A stretch of 64,000 nucleotides of DNA from an uncultured Lachnospiraceae bacterium (GCA_964638675.1 CAZXAU010000010.1:8272-72271); one strand, 5' to 3'. Shown: positions 10,907-20,466, counted from the stretch's first letter. Numbers and translations: made by a program. Notes: generated from the sequence alone by a model not told the origin.

Positions 10907-11944
10907 TCATTTATCCGATTGATTTGTCTTCCTTCTGAGCTGACCGCACGATGCGTTTATATCTGCTCCGAGAGTCCGCCTTACCGTAGAATTTATCCCG
11001 TTTTTTATAAGGCAGTCGGCAAACGCCTTCGCTCTTTTTCTGTCGCTCGGCAGGAAATTTCTTTCAAGAACGTTGTTTACCGGGATGAGATTTACATGAA
11101 TCGGCATATTTCCCATATATTTTTTGAGCAGACCGGCAAGACGTATAGCACCGTATTCACTGTCATTGACGCCCGATATCAGTGTATATTCAAAAGAAAT
11201 TCTTCTTCCCGTTTCAGAAAAGTAGTCACGGCAGGCCGTAAGAAGCTTTTCTATATTCCATTTATTGTTTATCGGCATTATCGAAGAACGTGTGCCGTCA
11301 TCATAAGCATGAAGCGATATTGAAAGCGTAATGGGAAAATCAAGCTCGGAAAGTTTGTATATTTTATCGACTATTCCACAAGTTGAAAGCGAAATATGCC
11401 TGCATCCTATATTCAGCCCGTCGGGAGAAGTGACAAGATTCAGGAATTTTACGGTATTATCGAAATTGTCGAGCGGTTCACCGATGCCCATCATAACGAC
11501 ATTTGATATCCTTATCCCGAGGTCCTTCTGCGCGGCGATTATCTGTGAGAGAATTTCCCCGGCAGACAGGTTTCTCGCCTTTCCCGCTATTGTCGATGCA
11601 CAGAATCTGCACCCCATCGCACAACCGCACTGACAGGAAACACAGATGCTGTAACCGTGTTCATACTTCATGACGACAGATTCGACCATCTGACCGTCCT
11701 TCATCTCAAAGAGATATTTAACCGTTCCGTCTATTGCCGAAACAAGCTTTTTTTCGATATGCGGAATGTAGTATAAATCATCCTTTTTTATAAGGGAGAT
11801 AACCGATTCGGGTATGTTCGACATTTCGTGCAGCGGTGTACCCTTCATCATCCATGAATACAACTGCTTGCCTCGATACTTTTTTTCTCCGTTTGCAATA
11901 AGGAGATCTTCAAGCTCGGACAAAGAAAGAGAAAGAATATCCAT
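10907..11944 (-). CDS. rlmN: 23S rRNA/tRNA (adenine-C2)-methyltransferase RlmN (radical SAM)
   Basis: Contains CVSCQCGCAMGCRFCAST and MGIGEPL. It lies upstream of stp-prkC, as is typical in Firmicutes. The start is either ATG 11944 or GTG 11959. Confidence 0.9.
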   Translation of the reverse strand: MDILSLSLSELEDLLIANGEKKYRGKQLYSWMMKGTPLHEMSNIPESVISLIKKDDLYYIPHIEKKLVSAIDGTVKYLFEMKDGQMVESVVMKYEHGYSICVSCQCGCAMGCRFCASTIAGKARNLSAGEILSQIIAAQKDLGIRISNVVMMGIGEPLDNFDNTVKFLNLVTSPDGLNIGCRHISLSTCGIVDKIYKLSELDFPITLSISLHAYDDGTRSSIMPINNKWNIEKLLTACRDYFSETGRRISFEYTLISGVNDSEYGAIRLAGLLKKYMGNMPIHVNLIPVNNVLERNFLPSDRKRAKAFADCLIKNGINSTVRRTLGADINASCGQLRRKTNQSDK

Positions 11945-12173
11945 TTTTACCGCCAGCACTTTCCTTCAGTTTTATTTACTTTTTTATTTGTTTCTTTATT
12001 AACACTTTTCATTGATTCTGATATACTTACAATATAATTTGTACCGTTTATGATCAAGTTAATACTATACATAATTATCATATCATATTTTTCTTAAAAA
12101 ATCAATTATTTTTTTGAAAAATATTCAAATACAGTGTAAATAAACCATATAGAATTATTCGACGCAAATTCAA

Positions 12174-12215
12174 AAGCACAGGGCTGAAATTAAAGCTCCT
12201 GTGCTTGAATTTTTT
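12174..12215 (-). terminator. Hairpin terminator after malQ
   Basis: AAGCACAGG-N15-CCTGTGCTT has T-rich flanks on both strands. Confidence 0.55.
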
Positions 12216-12220
12216 ATATC

Positions 12221-13780
12221 CTACCGAATCAGGCTGTCAGAGCTTGTCCCGTCAGTTGCTTCTTTTTCGGAAACATCTTCCGATAAAGCCGCTCTTCCGT
12301 AGCGTTTTGTGTATTCTGAAAGCTTTTTTGTCAATTTTTTGGTTATAGCACCTTTTTTCATTCTCCATTGCCAATTTCCGAGCGAAGTACCGGGTGTGTT
12401 CATACGGCAATCGGCAGGTAGGCAAAGCAGATCCTGCATTTGAACTATAAAAAGCAGAGACCTTGTTGACATCCCACTCCTTATAAGTCCGAATTGCCAG
12501 CCTTCTTCTTTTGTGATCGAACAGTATTTTTCGGCAAATTCGACATCCTTCTTTTTGCTTGACGTCAGCCACCCCGAAACCGTTTCATTGTCATGTGTCC
12601 CGATATAGCAAACACTGTTATCGATGCAATTGTGCGGCAGATAATCTGAACCGCCTTTGCTGTCAAATGCGAATTCAAGCACCTTCATGCCCGGAAATGC
12701 CGATTTTTCGAGCAGTTCGGATACTTCGTCTGTAATAACTCCGAGATCCTCTGCAATAAAGCTGATATCGGAAAACCATTCGGTGATGACCTTGATAAAG
12801 GGATAGCCCGGACCTTTCACCCATTTTCCGTTCACGGCAGTTTTTTCTCCGTAAGGAACAGACCAATAGCTTTCAAAGCCTCTGAAGTGGTCTAGGCGTA
12901 TGACATCATACATCTTTGCGGCAGAGCCTATACGTCTTATCCACCATCCGTAACCGTCATTTATCATTGCATCCCAATTGTATACAGGATTTCCCCAAAG
13001 CTGACCGTCCTCTGAAAATGCATCTGGCGGAACTCCGGCAACCTCGATAGGCAGATATTTTTCATCAAGCATGAAGAATTGCTGTTCGCTCCATACATCG
13101 GCTGAATCAAGCGGCACATATATCGGTATATCGCCTATAAAACGAATTCCCTTTTCAGCTGCATATGTGCGAAGTTCATTCCACTGCTTGTAGAATAAAT
13201 ACTGAATGAAAATATAGAACTCTATGTCGCACTTAAGTTCACAGCGATATTTTTCAAGCGTTTCAGTTTGCCTCGCCTTCGCCCCCTCATCATCCCACTG
13301 TGTCCAGCACTTCATTGAAAAATGAGATTTGAGTGCCATATAAAGAGCATAATTCTCTATCCATGAAGCATTGTCCAAACGAAACTGCGAAATCTCTTTT
13401 TCAAGCATATTCCATGCTCTTTCGTATCCTTTACGCAACAGATCGAAGCGAGTCAGATAAAGTGTTCCGTAATCGCATTTTTCATCATTCAATATCAAAT
13501 CGGCTTTTTTTATCTCGTTTTTTGTAAGGATTCCTTCCTTTTCAAGAATATCAAGATCAATAAAATATGGATTACCTGCAAATGATGAAAATGATGAATA
13601 GGGACTGTCTCCGAATCCGGTAGGTCCCAGCGGAAGAAGCTGCCAATAGCTCTGCGAGCTTTCTGACAAAAAGTCGATAAATTTGTAGGCTTCTGCGCCT
13701 AGTGTGCCTATACCGTGGCGTGACGGCAATGCCGAAACAGGCATAAGTATACCGGATGAACGCCTGATTTTATTTTTCAT
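12221..13780 (-). CDS. malQ: 4-alpha-glucanotransferase (amylomaltase, GH77)
   Basis: N-terminus RSSGILMPVSALPSRHGIGTLG, and also DHFRGF and GTHDN. Confidence 0.92.
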   Translation of the reverse strand: MKNKIRRSSGILMPVSALPSRHGIGTLGAEAYKFIDFLSESSQSYWQLLPLGPTGFGDSPYSSFSSFAGNPYFIDLDILEKEGILTKNEIKKADLILNDEKCDYGTLYLTRFDLLRKGYERAWNMLEKEISQFRLDNASWIENYALYMALKSHFSMKCWTQWDDEGAKARQTETLEKYRCELKCDIEFYIFIQYLFYKQWNELRTYAAEKGIRFIGDIPIYVPLDSADVWSEQQFFMLDEKYLPIEVAGVPPDAFSEDGQLWGNPVYNWDAMINDGYGWWIRRIGSAAKMYDVIRLDHFRGFESYWSVPYGEKTAVNGKWVKGPGYPFIKVITEWFSDISFIAEDLGVITDEVSELLEKSAFPGMKVLEFAFDSKGGSDYLPHNCIDNSVCYIGTHDNETVSGWLTSSKKKDVEFAEKYCSITKEEGWQFGLIRSGMSTRSLLFIVQMQDLLCLPADCRMNTPGTSLGNWQWRMKKGAITKKLTKKLSEYTKRYGRAALSEDVSEKEATDGTSSDSLIR

Positions 13781-13819
13781 ATGATCTCCCCTTAAACAGC
13801 CGATTAATAGTGTTCATCA

Positions 13820-13866
13820 AAAAATTAAAAACGGTATGCAGCCTTATTTGACGAATACCGTTTTTA
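13820..13866 (-). terminator. Rho-independent terminator after pnp
   Basis: On the minus strand, AAAACGGTAT-N18-ATACCGTTTT is followed by TTTTAATTTTTTG. Confidence 0.7.
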
Positions 13867-13903
13867 TTTCTGAATTTTTAGCGAATACCTGTCTTATCAG
13901 ATA

Positions 13904-16285
13904 TCAGTTCTTTTTAAAGATTGAAAAGAAGGACTTTTTCTCTTCCTGCGTTGCCTTTTCAGCAGGTTCGGAATCAGCTGTATCGTCAGTCTTTTCAACA
14001 GCCTGCAACTGTTCGGTCTGTGCTTTTACTTCTGTGTCAGCAGACTTTTCATATTTGTTTTCTCTCGGAGCGTTTCCGCCGCGGTTGTCTCTCTGAGGAC
14101 GGCGTGAATCCTTTCCTCCACGGGGGGAACCCTGACGTGATCCCGAAGGTCTGCGTTCGGTCGAACCGTCTTCTCCTGTGAGTGCCGCCTTGCGTGAAAG
14201 ATTGAGTCTTCCCTTTTCGTCTACTCCGAGGAACTTGACTACTAAAGTATCGCCGACATTGCATATATCCTCGACATTTTCAACGAATTTTGTATCAAGG
14301 TCTTTTATGTGTACCATTCCCTCTTTACCGGGAGCAAATTCGACAAATGCACCGATCGGAATGATTCTCGTTACAGTACCGGTATAAATTGCACCGACTT
14401 CGGGTTCAAAGCATATACCCTCAATTATCTTCTGTGCTGCAAGACCCGAATCACGGTTTTCAGCAGCAATATAAATTGTTCCGTCCTCTTCGATATCGAT
14501 CTTTGCACCTGTATCGGCAACTATCTTCTGAATGACTTCTCCGCCCTTACCGATAACTTCACGGATCTTTTCGGTCTTGATGTGCATTGTTATCATCTTG
14601 GGAGCTGTCTCACAAACCTCTGCACGGGGTTCGGGAATTGCTTTGAGAATATATTCGTCTATGATATAATCTCTTCCCTCGTGAGTTCTCTGGAATGCTG
14701 AACGGATGATCTCGGGTGTAAGTCCGTCAATTTTAAGGTCCATCTGAATTGATGTAATACCCTTTTTGGTTCCTGCAACCTTGAAGTCCATATCTCCGTA
14801 GAAATCTTCAAGTCCCTGAATATCTGTCATCGTATCCCATGAACCGTCCTCAGCGGTGATAAGACCGCATGAAATACCGGCAACAGGAGCTTTGATCGGA
14901 ACGCCTGCCGCCATAAGTGCAAGTGTCGAGCCGCAAACAGATGCCTGCGATGTCGAACCGTTCGATGAAATAACTTCGGAAACAACTCTTATAGCATACG
15001 GGAATTCTTCAACAGAAGGAAGAACGGGGATAAGCGAACGCTCTGCAAGTGCACCGTGTCCTATTTCTCTGCGTCCGGGAGATCTTATTGCCTTTGCTTC
15101 ACCTGTAGAGAAGCCAGGCATATTGTAATGGTGCATATATCTCTTGGATTTCTCTTCATCAACCGTATCAAGCTCCTGAGCATCGTTTAATGTTCCGAGT
15201 GTACAGATTGAGAGAACCTGAGTTTGTCCTCTTGTGAACATACCCGAACCGTGCACTCTCGGAAGAAGGTCAACTTCTGCGTCAAGCGGTCTGATCTGGT
15301 CCATCTTTCTTCCGTCAACACGCTTCTTATCGTTGAGAAGCCAACGGCGAACGATCTTCTTCTGTATCTTATAAATAAGCTCTGGAAGCTGAACTGTAAG
15401 ATCAGGGTATTCTTCGCCGAATGTTGCGAGAATATCGTCCTGGATAGGCTGCATTTTTGCATCACGTACTGTCTTGTCATCTGTGTCGAGAGCTTCCATT
15501 ACTCTTTCCTCACAGTAAGCGAAGATCTTATCGAACATATCGTGATCGAGCTCGCATGAAGGATAATCAAATTTCGGTTTTCCTACCGTTGCAACGATAT
15601 CATCGATGAACGAGCAGAGCTTCTTTATCTCTTCGTGTGCTTCCATAATGGCATTGAACATAGTGTCATCGTCAACTTCGTTTGCACCTGCTTCGATCAT
15701 GACAACCTTGTTTTTAGAACCTGCAACTGTGAGCTGAAGATCGCTTACAGATCTCTGCTCGCTTGTCGGGTTGATAACGGTCTTGCCGTCAACAAGTCCT
15801 ACAAATACACCTGCAATAGGTCCGTTCCACGGGATATCGGATATCGACAGAGCGATAGAAGCACCTATCATAGCGGTGATCTCGGGCGAGCAGTCATAAT
15901 CAACTGCCATAAGAGTGAGCGTAAGTGCTACGTCATTACGGAGATCCTTCGGGAAAAGCGGACGGATAGGTCTGTCTATAACTCTTGCGGTGAGTATAGC
16001 CTTCTCGGAGGGCTTGCCTTCTCTGCGGAGATATCCACCCGGGATTCTGCCGACAGCGTAGAGCTTTTCATCAAAATCAACCGACAGCGGGAGAAAATCT
16101 ATGCCGTCTCTCGGTTTCGCCGACGCAGTTGCAGTGCAAAGCAGGGTCGTCTTTCCGTATGTTATAAGGCAGGCGCCGTTTGCAAGTCCTGCCATCTTGC
16201 CCGTTTCAACCTTGAGTGTTCTGCCGGCAAGCTCTGTTTCAAAAACATGATAGTTTTTGAATTCCATTCTTTCTGATGGAGTCAT
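13904..16285 (-). CDS. pnp: Polyribonucleotide nucleotidyltransferase (PNPase) with a 91-aa C-terminal extension
   Basis: Two RNase PH domains, a KH domain (GKGGEVIQKI) and an S1 domain. Strong RBS AAGAGGT before ATG 16285. At 793 aa it is longer than the roughly 700 aa I expect from memory. Confidence 0.97.
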   Translation of the reverse strand: MTPSERMEFKNYHVFETELAGRTLKVETGKMAGLANGACLITYGKTTLLCTATASAKPRDGIDFLPLSVDFDEKLYAVGRIPGGYLRREGKPSEKAILTARVIDRPIRPLFPKDLRNDVALTLTLMAVDYDCSPEITAMIGASIALSISDIPWNGPIAGVFVGLVDGKTVINPTSEQRSVSDLQLTVAGSKNKVVMIEAGANEVDDDTMFNAIMEAHEEIKKLCSFIDDIVATVGKPKFDYPSCELDHDMFDKIFAYCEERVMEALDTDDKTVRDAKMQPIQDDILATFGEEYPDLTVQLPELIYKIQKKIVRRWLLNDKKRVDGRKMDQIRPLDAEVDLLPRVHGSGMFTRGQTQVLSICTLGTLNDAQELDTVDEEKSKRYMHHYNMPGFSTGEAKAIRSPGRREIGHGALAERSLIPVLPSVEEFPYAIRVVSEVISSNGSTSQASVCGSTLALMAAGVPIKAPVAGISCGLITAEDGSWDTMTDIQGLEDFYGDMDFKVAGTKKGITSIQMDLKIDGLTPEIIRSAFQRTHEGRDYIIDEYILKAIPEPRAEVCETAPKMITMHIKTEKIREVIGKGGEVIQKIVADTGAKIDIEEDGTIYIAAENRDSGLAAQKIIEGICFEPEVGAIYTGTVTRIIPIGAFVEFAPGKEGMVHIKDLDTKFVENVEDICNVGDTLVVKFLGVDEKGRLNLSRKAALTGEDGSTERRPSGSRQGSPRGGKDSRRPQRDNRGGNAPRENKYEKSADTEVKAQTEQLQAVEKTDDTADSEPAEKATQEEKKSFFSIFKKN

Positions 16286-16316
16286 GAATATACCTCTTTC
16301 TTTCCTTGACCGACCG

Positions 16317-16371
16317 TTTTAGCACTTACCGAACACTGGGAGCAGCTCTCACTGTTCGGTAACTGCTAAAA
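16317..16371 (-). promoter_or_regulatory. Long imperfect hairpin (about 23 bp) in the pnp 5' leader
   Basis: TTTTAGCA..TACCGAACA..loop..TGTTCGGTA..TGCTAAAA lies about 30 nt upstream of the pnp RBS. By position it is analogous to the RNase III-processed pnp leader hairpin of E. coli. Confidence 0.5.
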
Positions 16372-16430
16372 ACCTGCCGGTTCAATTATTCTATATTATT
16401 TTTTTGTCAGTTATTTTTATTATTCATCTT

Positions 16431-16460
16431 ACTTACCTTCTACTTACCTATTACTTGCCT
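16431..16460 (-). repeat. Three 11-nt-spaced AGGYAAGU repeats in the rpsO-pnp intergenic RNA
   Basis: The plus strand reads ACTTACCT tct ACTTACCT att ACTTGCCT. The minus strand reads AGGCAAGT, AGGTAAGT, AGGTAAGT. Confidence 0.7.
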
Positions 16461-16489
16461 CAGGTAAATTTCCGGCTTTTTACGAGAAC

Positions 16490-16512
16490 AAGGAGTGTCA
16501 TCGACACTCCTT
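16490..16512 (-). terminator. rpsO-distal hairpin (10 bp, 3-nt loop) without a U-tract; partial terminator or processing site
   Basis: AAGGAGTGTC-atc-GACACTCCTT lies 14 nt after the rpsO stop. There is no T-run on the minus strand. Confidence 0.4.
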
Positions 16513-16525
16513 CATTCAAAGGCTA

Positions 16526-16792
16526 TTACTTTCTCAGGTTAAGCTTGTCGATGAGCGCTCTGTAACGTTCAATATCCTTCTTCATAAGATATCCGAGAAG
16601 GTTTTTACGCTTTCCGACCATTTTGAGAAGACCTCTACGGCTGTGGTGATCCTTCGGGTTTGCCTTGAGATGCTCTGTAAGCTGATTGATTCTTGTTGTA
16701 AGAATGGCAATCTGAACCTCAGGAGAACCTGTGTCGCCTTCGTGAGTAGCATAAGCTTCCATAACCTGTTGTTTTTCTTCTTTGAGTAACAT
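16526..16792 (-). CDS. rpsO: 30S ribosomal protein S15
   Basis: The 88-aa sequence [69 protein letters not shown] is classic S15. Confidence 0.97.
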   Translation of the reverse strand: MLLKEEKQQVMEAYATHEGDTGSPEVQIAILTTRINQLTEHLKANPKDHHSRRGLLKMVGKRKNLLGYLMKKDIERYRALIDKLNLRK

Positions 16793-16884
16793 TTCTTTCA
16801 CCTCATAAATATAATCTATTCCGTAACACAAAGCAAGGGTGGGTGAATACTTTATCCAAAGCCGTGTGCCCGCAACTGAAAGTG

Positions 16885-16913
16885 ATTATACCACAAATCA
16901 ATTTGTTTGTCTA
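16885..16913 (-). promoter_or_regulatory. Putative sigma-A promoter of rpsO
   Basis: On the minus strand, TAGACA-17 nt-TATAAT with a TG extension (TGGTATAAT). Confidence 0.5.
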
Positions 16914-17098
16914 TAGCTTTTTACAATTTAATATTTTTTTTACAATTTAAAAATTAATAACCAAACCGTATGCTCAAAGCTGCGAAAAAGCCGGCATCTT
17001 TAGCATCATTTTTTGTTTTGCATTATTTTTTCGTTTGCTTCATTTGAAACGTTTTATAAGTTTGACCGATCGGATATCTGCGTTAAATTATTATAAGT

Positions 17099-18454
17099 TC
17101 AATTATCACCGTCTGAAGGCTTTCCGTCAGGACTGTCATCAGTCTTTTCCGAAGGCTCATCTTTTTTCTCGAAATCGATAACCTCTTCAAGATCATCCGG
17201 GATCTGGGCTATAAGATCGGAAATTATCTTTTTTTCCAATGAAAGCTCTTCATCCTCGATAGCTTCATTGCTTACCTGTGCTTCCTCCTGATCATCTGGA
17301 AGATCGTCTGCTACTCCTTCAGCCGCTTCATAGGCCTGAATATCAAACTCACCTACATTATTCGCACTGAATTCCGGTTCATCATTCTTCACGTTATCAT
17401 CAATATCGTTTTCATCATCCAAAAATCCGTCGTCTGTGAGGATATTGACATTGTAGGAAGAAAAATATGAGCTCATCCCTTCGCCGGGGTCATTTTCGGT
17501 ATCATCGCCCTCCGAATCATCTCTTTCATATTCGTTATCACCGCCGCACAGATCGCCGTCTGCCTCATGATCCTCATCTTCAATAAGAATGTATTCACTG
17601 CAAGGATTTTCCGAAAACGCATCAACAGTCAAATAATGGCAAAGGCGTGAATAGGCATATATACCTGCAAACAATTCAAAGCAGGAGAAAAAGGCTGTTG
17701 CATCCAACGAGAATCCGTTCATTTTCATTACACAAAGATAAATTTTGGGCAATGAATCGGAAATTGAAAACAAAGTTGCAAGAAATCCCGCTGCAAAATA
17801 GAGTCTTCTCGATGCTCTTCCGATATAGAATCTCAGCTCTGAAAGTATAAAGAGCAGTATTGACAATGCCGCCATAATTGCACCGATACGGACAGGAGAA
17901 TTGACAAGTATATTATCGATTCTGTACAGCTCAAAAAAAATATATCCGATCAGGAATATGACAAGGCTCAGTCCGCTCAGAACTACAGGAGTTTTATTCG
18001 CACCCACACTGAATGCCTGAATAAAGTAATAAAGTGCACCTGCAATCAGCAGAACCGCCATTATCAGAGATCTGTAATCGTTCAACGACCCGATCTTCGC
18101 AAGATAATGCTGCATGCAAAAGATGATCAAGAGCAGACCGCAGAAGCATTCGATAATTACAAAGAAGCCTCCCGACTGCACAGTCGACTCAGTGGCTTTA
18201 CCGAAGGACTTAATAAAAAGTGTGATCAAAGCAATGAGGAGAGCTGCACCGGCAATATAATATGCAGCCTTGCTCAATGCGTTATTCTCAAAGAGCTTCA
18301 GAGCCGAATCATAGAAGTTGTTGTAAAGTATAAAATTCAGTGCAGTTGCCGCAAGAGCTAAAATAGTATACAGTGAAAAAAACACAGAAAAGACTATCTT
18401 TGCCCTTTTCTCTTTTTCAATAGATTCAACAGAATTGTTTTGTTTATAATTCAT
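17099..18454 (-). CDS. Polytopic membrane protein with a highly acidic C-terminal tail of about 165 aa, unknown function
   Basis: The start is set at MNYKQ (RBS GAGGG). There are about 8-9 hydrophobic helices. The tail is rich in D/E (EDEDHEADGD..., DDENDIDDN...). Confidence 0.6.
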   Translation of the reverse strand: MNYKQNNSVESIEKEKRAKIVFSVFFSLYTILALAATALNFILYNNFYDSALKLFENNALSKAAYYIAGAALLIALITLFIKSFGKATESTVQSGGFFVIIECFCGLLLIIFCMQHYLAKIGSLNDYRSLIMAVLLIAGALYYFIQAFSVGANKTPVVLSGLSLVIFLIGYIFFELYRIDNILVNSPVRIGAIMAALSILLFILSELRFYIGRASRRLYFAAGFLATLFSISDSLPKIYLCVMKMNGFSLDATAFFSCFELFAGIYAYSRLCHYLTVDAFSENPCSEYILIEDEDHEADGDLCGGDNEYERDDSEGDDTENDPGEGMSSYFSSYNVNILTDDGFLDDENDIDDNVKNDEPEFSANNVGEFDIQAYEAAEGVADDLPDDQEEAQVSNEAIEDEELSLEKKIISDLIAQIPDDLEEVIDFEKKDEPSEKTDDSPDGKPSDGDN

Positions 18455-18830
18455 CTTTGCCCTCATAAAATATTTTATAAATATTGTATCACTGTAGGAT
18501 GCATTCCACATTATACCGCATAACATGCATCGAAAACAGAGATATAAAAATAAAATATTTCCCATAACCGTGAAAAATAATCTGCCGATCTCTTACACCG
18601 CAAGGCATAGGAATCAACTTCAAATTATTATACAACAGTTTTCCGCGAAATTCAATAGCTAAAAAAAAAATATTGTATTAATTTTACTTCCGAATTGCTC
18701 CGATAGATTCTCAAAGGTCTGTTGCGCAGTGCAAAACCGTTAATTTGACCACATAAAGATATGATTTATACCGTCCAAACAGTCAATTTTAAAAAAAATT
18801 GATTTTTTTTTATTTTTTTTAAAAAAGGGC

Positions 18831-18859
18831 TTGACAAACTGAATCATTTGTGATAGTAT
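18831..18859 (+). promoter_or_regulatory. Sigma-A promoter of the tRNA pair with an A/T-rich UP-like region
   Basis: TTGACA (18831-18836), a 17-nt spacer, then TAGTAT (18854-18859) preceded by TGA. A/T runs lie upstream. Confidence 0.6.
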
Positions 18860-18895
18860 ATACAAGCACTCAAGCGAAGCCGATAAATGTTGAAC

Positions 18896-18972
18896 GGCGG
18901 AATAGCTCAGTTGGCTAGAGCAATCGGTTCATACCCGATAGGTCGTAGGTTCAAGTCCGACTTCCGCTACCA
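18896..18972 (+). tRNA. tRNA-Met (anticodon CAU; the elongator-type anticodon stem cannot fully exclude Ile2-lysidine)
   Basis: 77-nt cloverleaf with D-arm AGCTCAGTTGGCTAGAGC, anticodon loop TTCATAC, T-loop GGTTCAAGTCC and an encoded CCA. Confidence 0.9.
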
Positions 18973-18977
18973 TATTT

Positions 18978-19052
18978 GGCCCGTTGGTCAAGCGGTTAAG
19001 ACACCGCCCTTTCACGGCAGTAACATGGGTTCGATTCCCGTACGGGTCACCA
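18978..19052 (+). tRNA. tRNA-Glu (anticodon UUC)
   Basis: GGCCCGTTGGTCAAGCGGTTAAGACACCGCCCTTTCACGG...GGTTCGATTCCCGTACGGGTCACCA is near-identical to Firmicute tRNA-Glu as I remember it. Confidence 0.95.
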
Positions 19053-19082
19053 AAAAAACCTCGTCATTGACGAGGTTTTTTT
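19053..19082 (+). terminator. Rho-independent terminator after the tRNAs
   Basis: CCTCGTC-att-GACGAGG followed by T7. Confidence 0.85.
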
Positions 19083-19170
19083 AATGATTTTATAATGTAA
19101 AGATTTAGTTTTTGAATACCGATCAAATTACAGGAATAATAAAAATAACAGAAAATAAAGGAAACATTTT

Positions 19171-19866
19171 ATGATAAAAGCTGTGTTTATTGACATTGAC
19201 AATACAATTCTGAGTTTTGATGACTACGTTAAAACGGCAATGAGAGAAGGGTTTGAAAAATTCTCTGTAGCCGAATATACCGACGATATGTTCGATACTT
19301 TTACAAGGGTAAACAACAGTCTGTGGCAGGCACTTGAAAGAAAAGAGCTTAGCTTCACCGAGCTAAAAGAAAGACGCTGGAATGATATTTTTTCATCGCT
19401 CGGCATAAATTATGACGGGCAGAAATTTGAAGATTTCTTCAGAGAAAGCATATACAGCAGTGCAATAGAAATTCCCGGGGCGTTCGACCTCGTGCATTAT
19501 CTGTCCGAAAAATACATACTGTGTGCGGCAAGCAACGGACCGTATGAACAACAAAAGCATAGACTCGCTATTGCCGGGATCATCGATTGCTTTGACCATA
19601 TCTTCATATCTGAAGATATCGGAGCATCAAAGCCTGACAAAAAATTTTTCTCGGCAACCTTTGAAAGGCTGAACAGATCAGCAAATGAAAGAATAGAGCC
19701 CTGCGATTGCGTAATGATAGGCGACTCACTCACATCCGACATGGAAGGAGGAATTGCATACGGAATGAAAACAGTTTTCTTCAATCTTCATTCAAAAGAT
19801 ACTTCGGGAATAAAGGGAATAGATCATTCAGTAAATAAGCTCGAAGATATCAAAAAAATACTCTGA
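19171..19866 (+). CDS. HAD-IA family hydrolase (YjjG-like nucleotidase/phosphatase)
   Basis: Motif I FIDIDNT, motif II AASNG, and motif IV GDSLTSDMEGG. Confidence 0.85.
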   Translation: MIKAVFIDIDNTILSFDDYVKTAMREGFEKFSVAEYTDDMFDTFTRVNNSLWQALERKELSFTELKERRWNDIFSSLGINYDGQKFEDFFRESIYSSAIEIPGAFDLVHYLSEKYILCAASNGPYEQQKHRLAIAGIIDCFDHIFISEDIGASKPDKKFFSATFERLNRSANERIEPCDCVMIGDSLTSDMEGGIAYGMKTVFFNLHSKDTSGIKGIDHSVNKLEDIKKIL

Positions 19867-19871
19867 CAGAA

Positions 19872-20420
19872 TTATTTTTTCTTTTGCCATTCTTCCCTGC
19901 TGATCGAACAGATGTTGTAACAGATCCCGCGCATTTGTTCACAGGATTCGAGCATCATACCGTTCTTTAATGCCACACGGTATGATGCAACATTTTTCTC
20001 ATTCATTATAGAGTACAGTTTATTGAAAGGTGTATTCAGAAACGCCCATTCTTTGCATGCGGCAGCCGCCTTGGTGGCAATTCCCTTTCCCCAATACTCT
20101 GGCTTAAGGTGATATCCTATCTCGGGAACGAATTTGTTTCCGGCAATCTGTATTGATATTCCGCAATCGCCTATATATTGACCGTTCTCTTTCAGAATAA
20201 CCGCCCAAAGACCGAATCCGAAATCCGAATAAGACTGAATACACCAATCTATCCAATGGCGGACACCGTCGTCATCATACGGTTTTGCAAAATATTTCAT
20301 TACATCTGGATCGCTTATTATCTTCCTGAGCTCATAAAAATCGTTATGTGTATATTCACGAAAGATAAGCTCCTGTGTTTCGTTTATTATATTCATAGTT
20401 AAAATAAAATTCTCCTGCAT
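19872..20420 (-). CDS. GNAT family N-acetyltransferase (RimJ/RimL-like)
   Basis: Contains the acetyl-CoA pocket YWGKGIATKA and is of typical GNAT length. Confidence 0.8.
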   Translation of the reverse strand: MQENFILTMNIINETQELIFREYTHNDFYELRKIISDPDVMKYFAKPYDDDGVRHWIDWCIQSYSDFGFGLWAVILKENGQYIGDCGISIQIAGNKFVPEIGYHLKPEYWGKGIATKAAAACKEWAFLNTPFNKLYSIMNEKNVASYRVALKNGMMLESCEQMRGICYNICSISREEWQKKK

Positions 20421-20466
20421 AAGTAATACAGAAACTTCACTGCAACTGTATTTCGTCTGTATTATG

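Noticed and set aside
15635-16276. Long antisense or alternative-frame track ORFs inside well-supported genes. Examples are 15635-16276 and 14309-14701 in pnp, 30537-31115 in ppdK, 24776-25231 in the surface protein gene, 52407-53027 and 51967-52431 opposite the nfnAB-like genes, 44585-45166 in moxR, and 33721-34329 and 34954-35613 in the clpC paralog.
   Set aside because: They lie opposite or out of frame to genes with strong family motifs, have Ser/Leu/Phe/Cys-rich compositions typical of non-coding frames, and lack an RBS.
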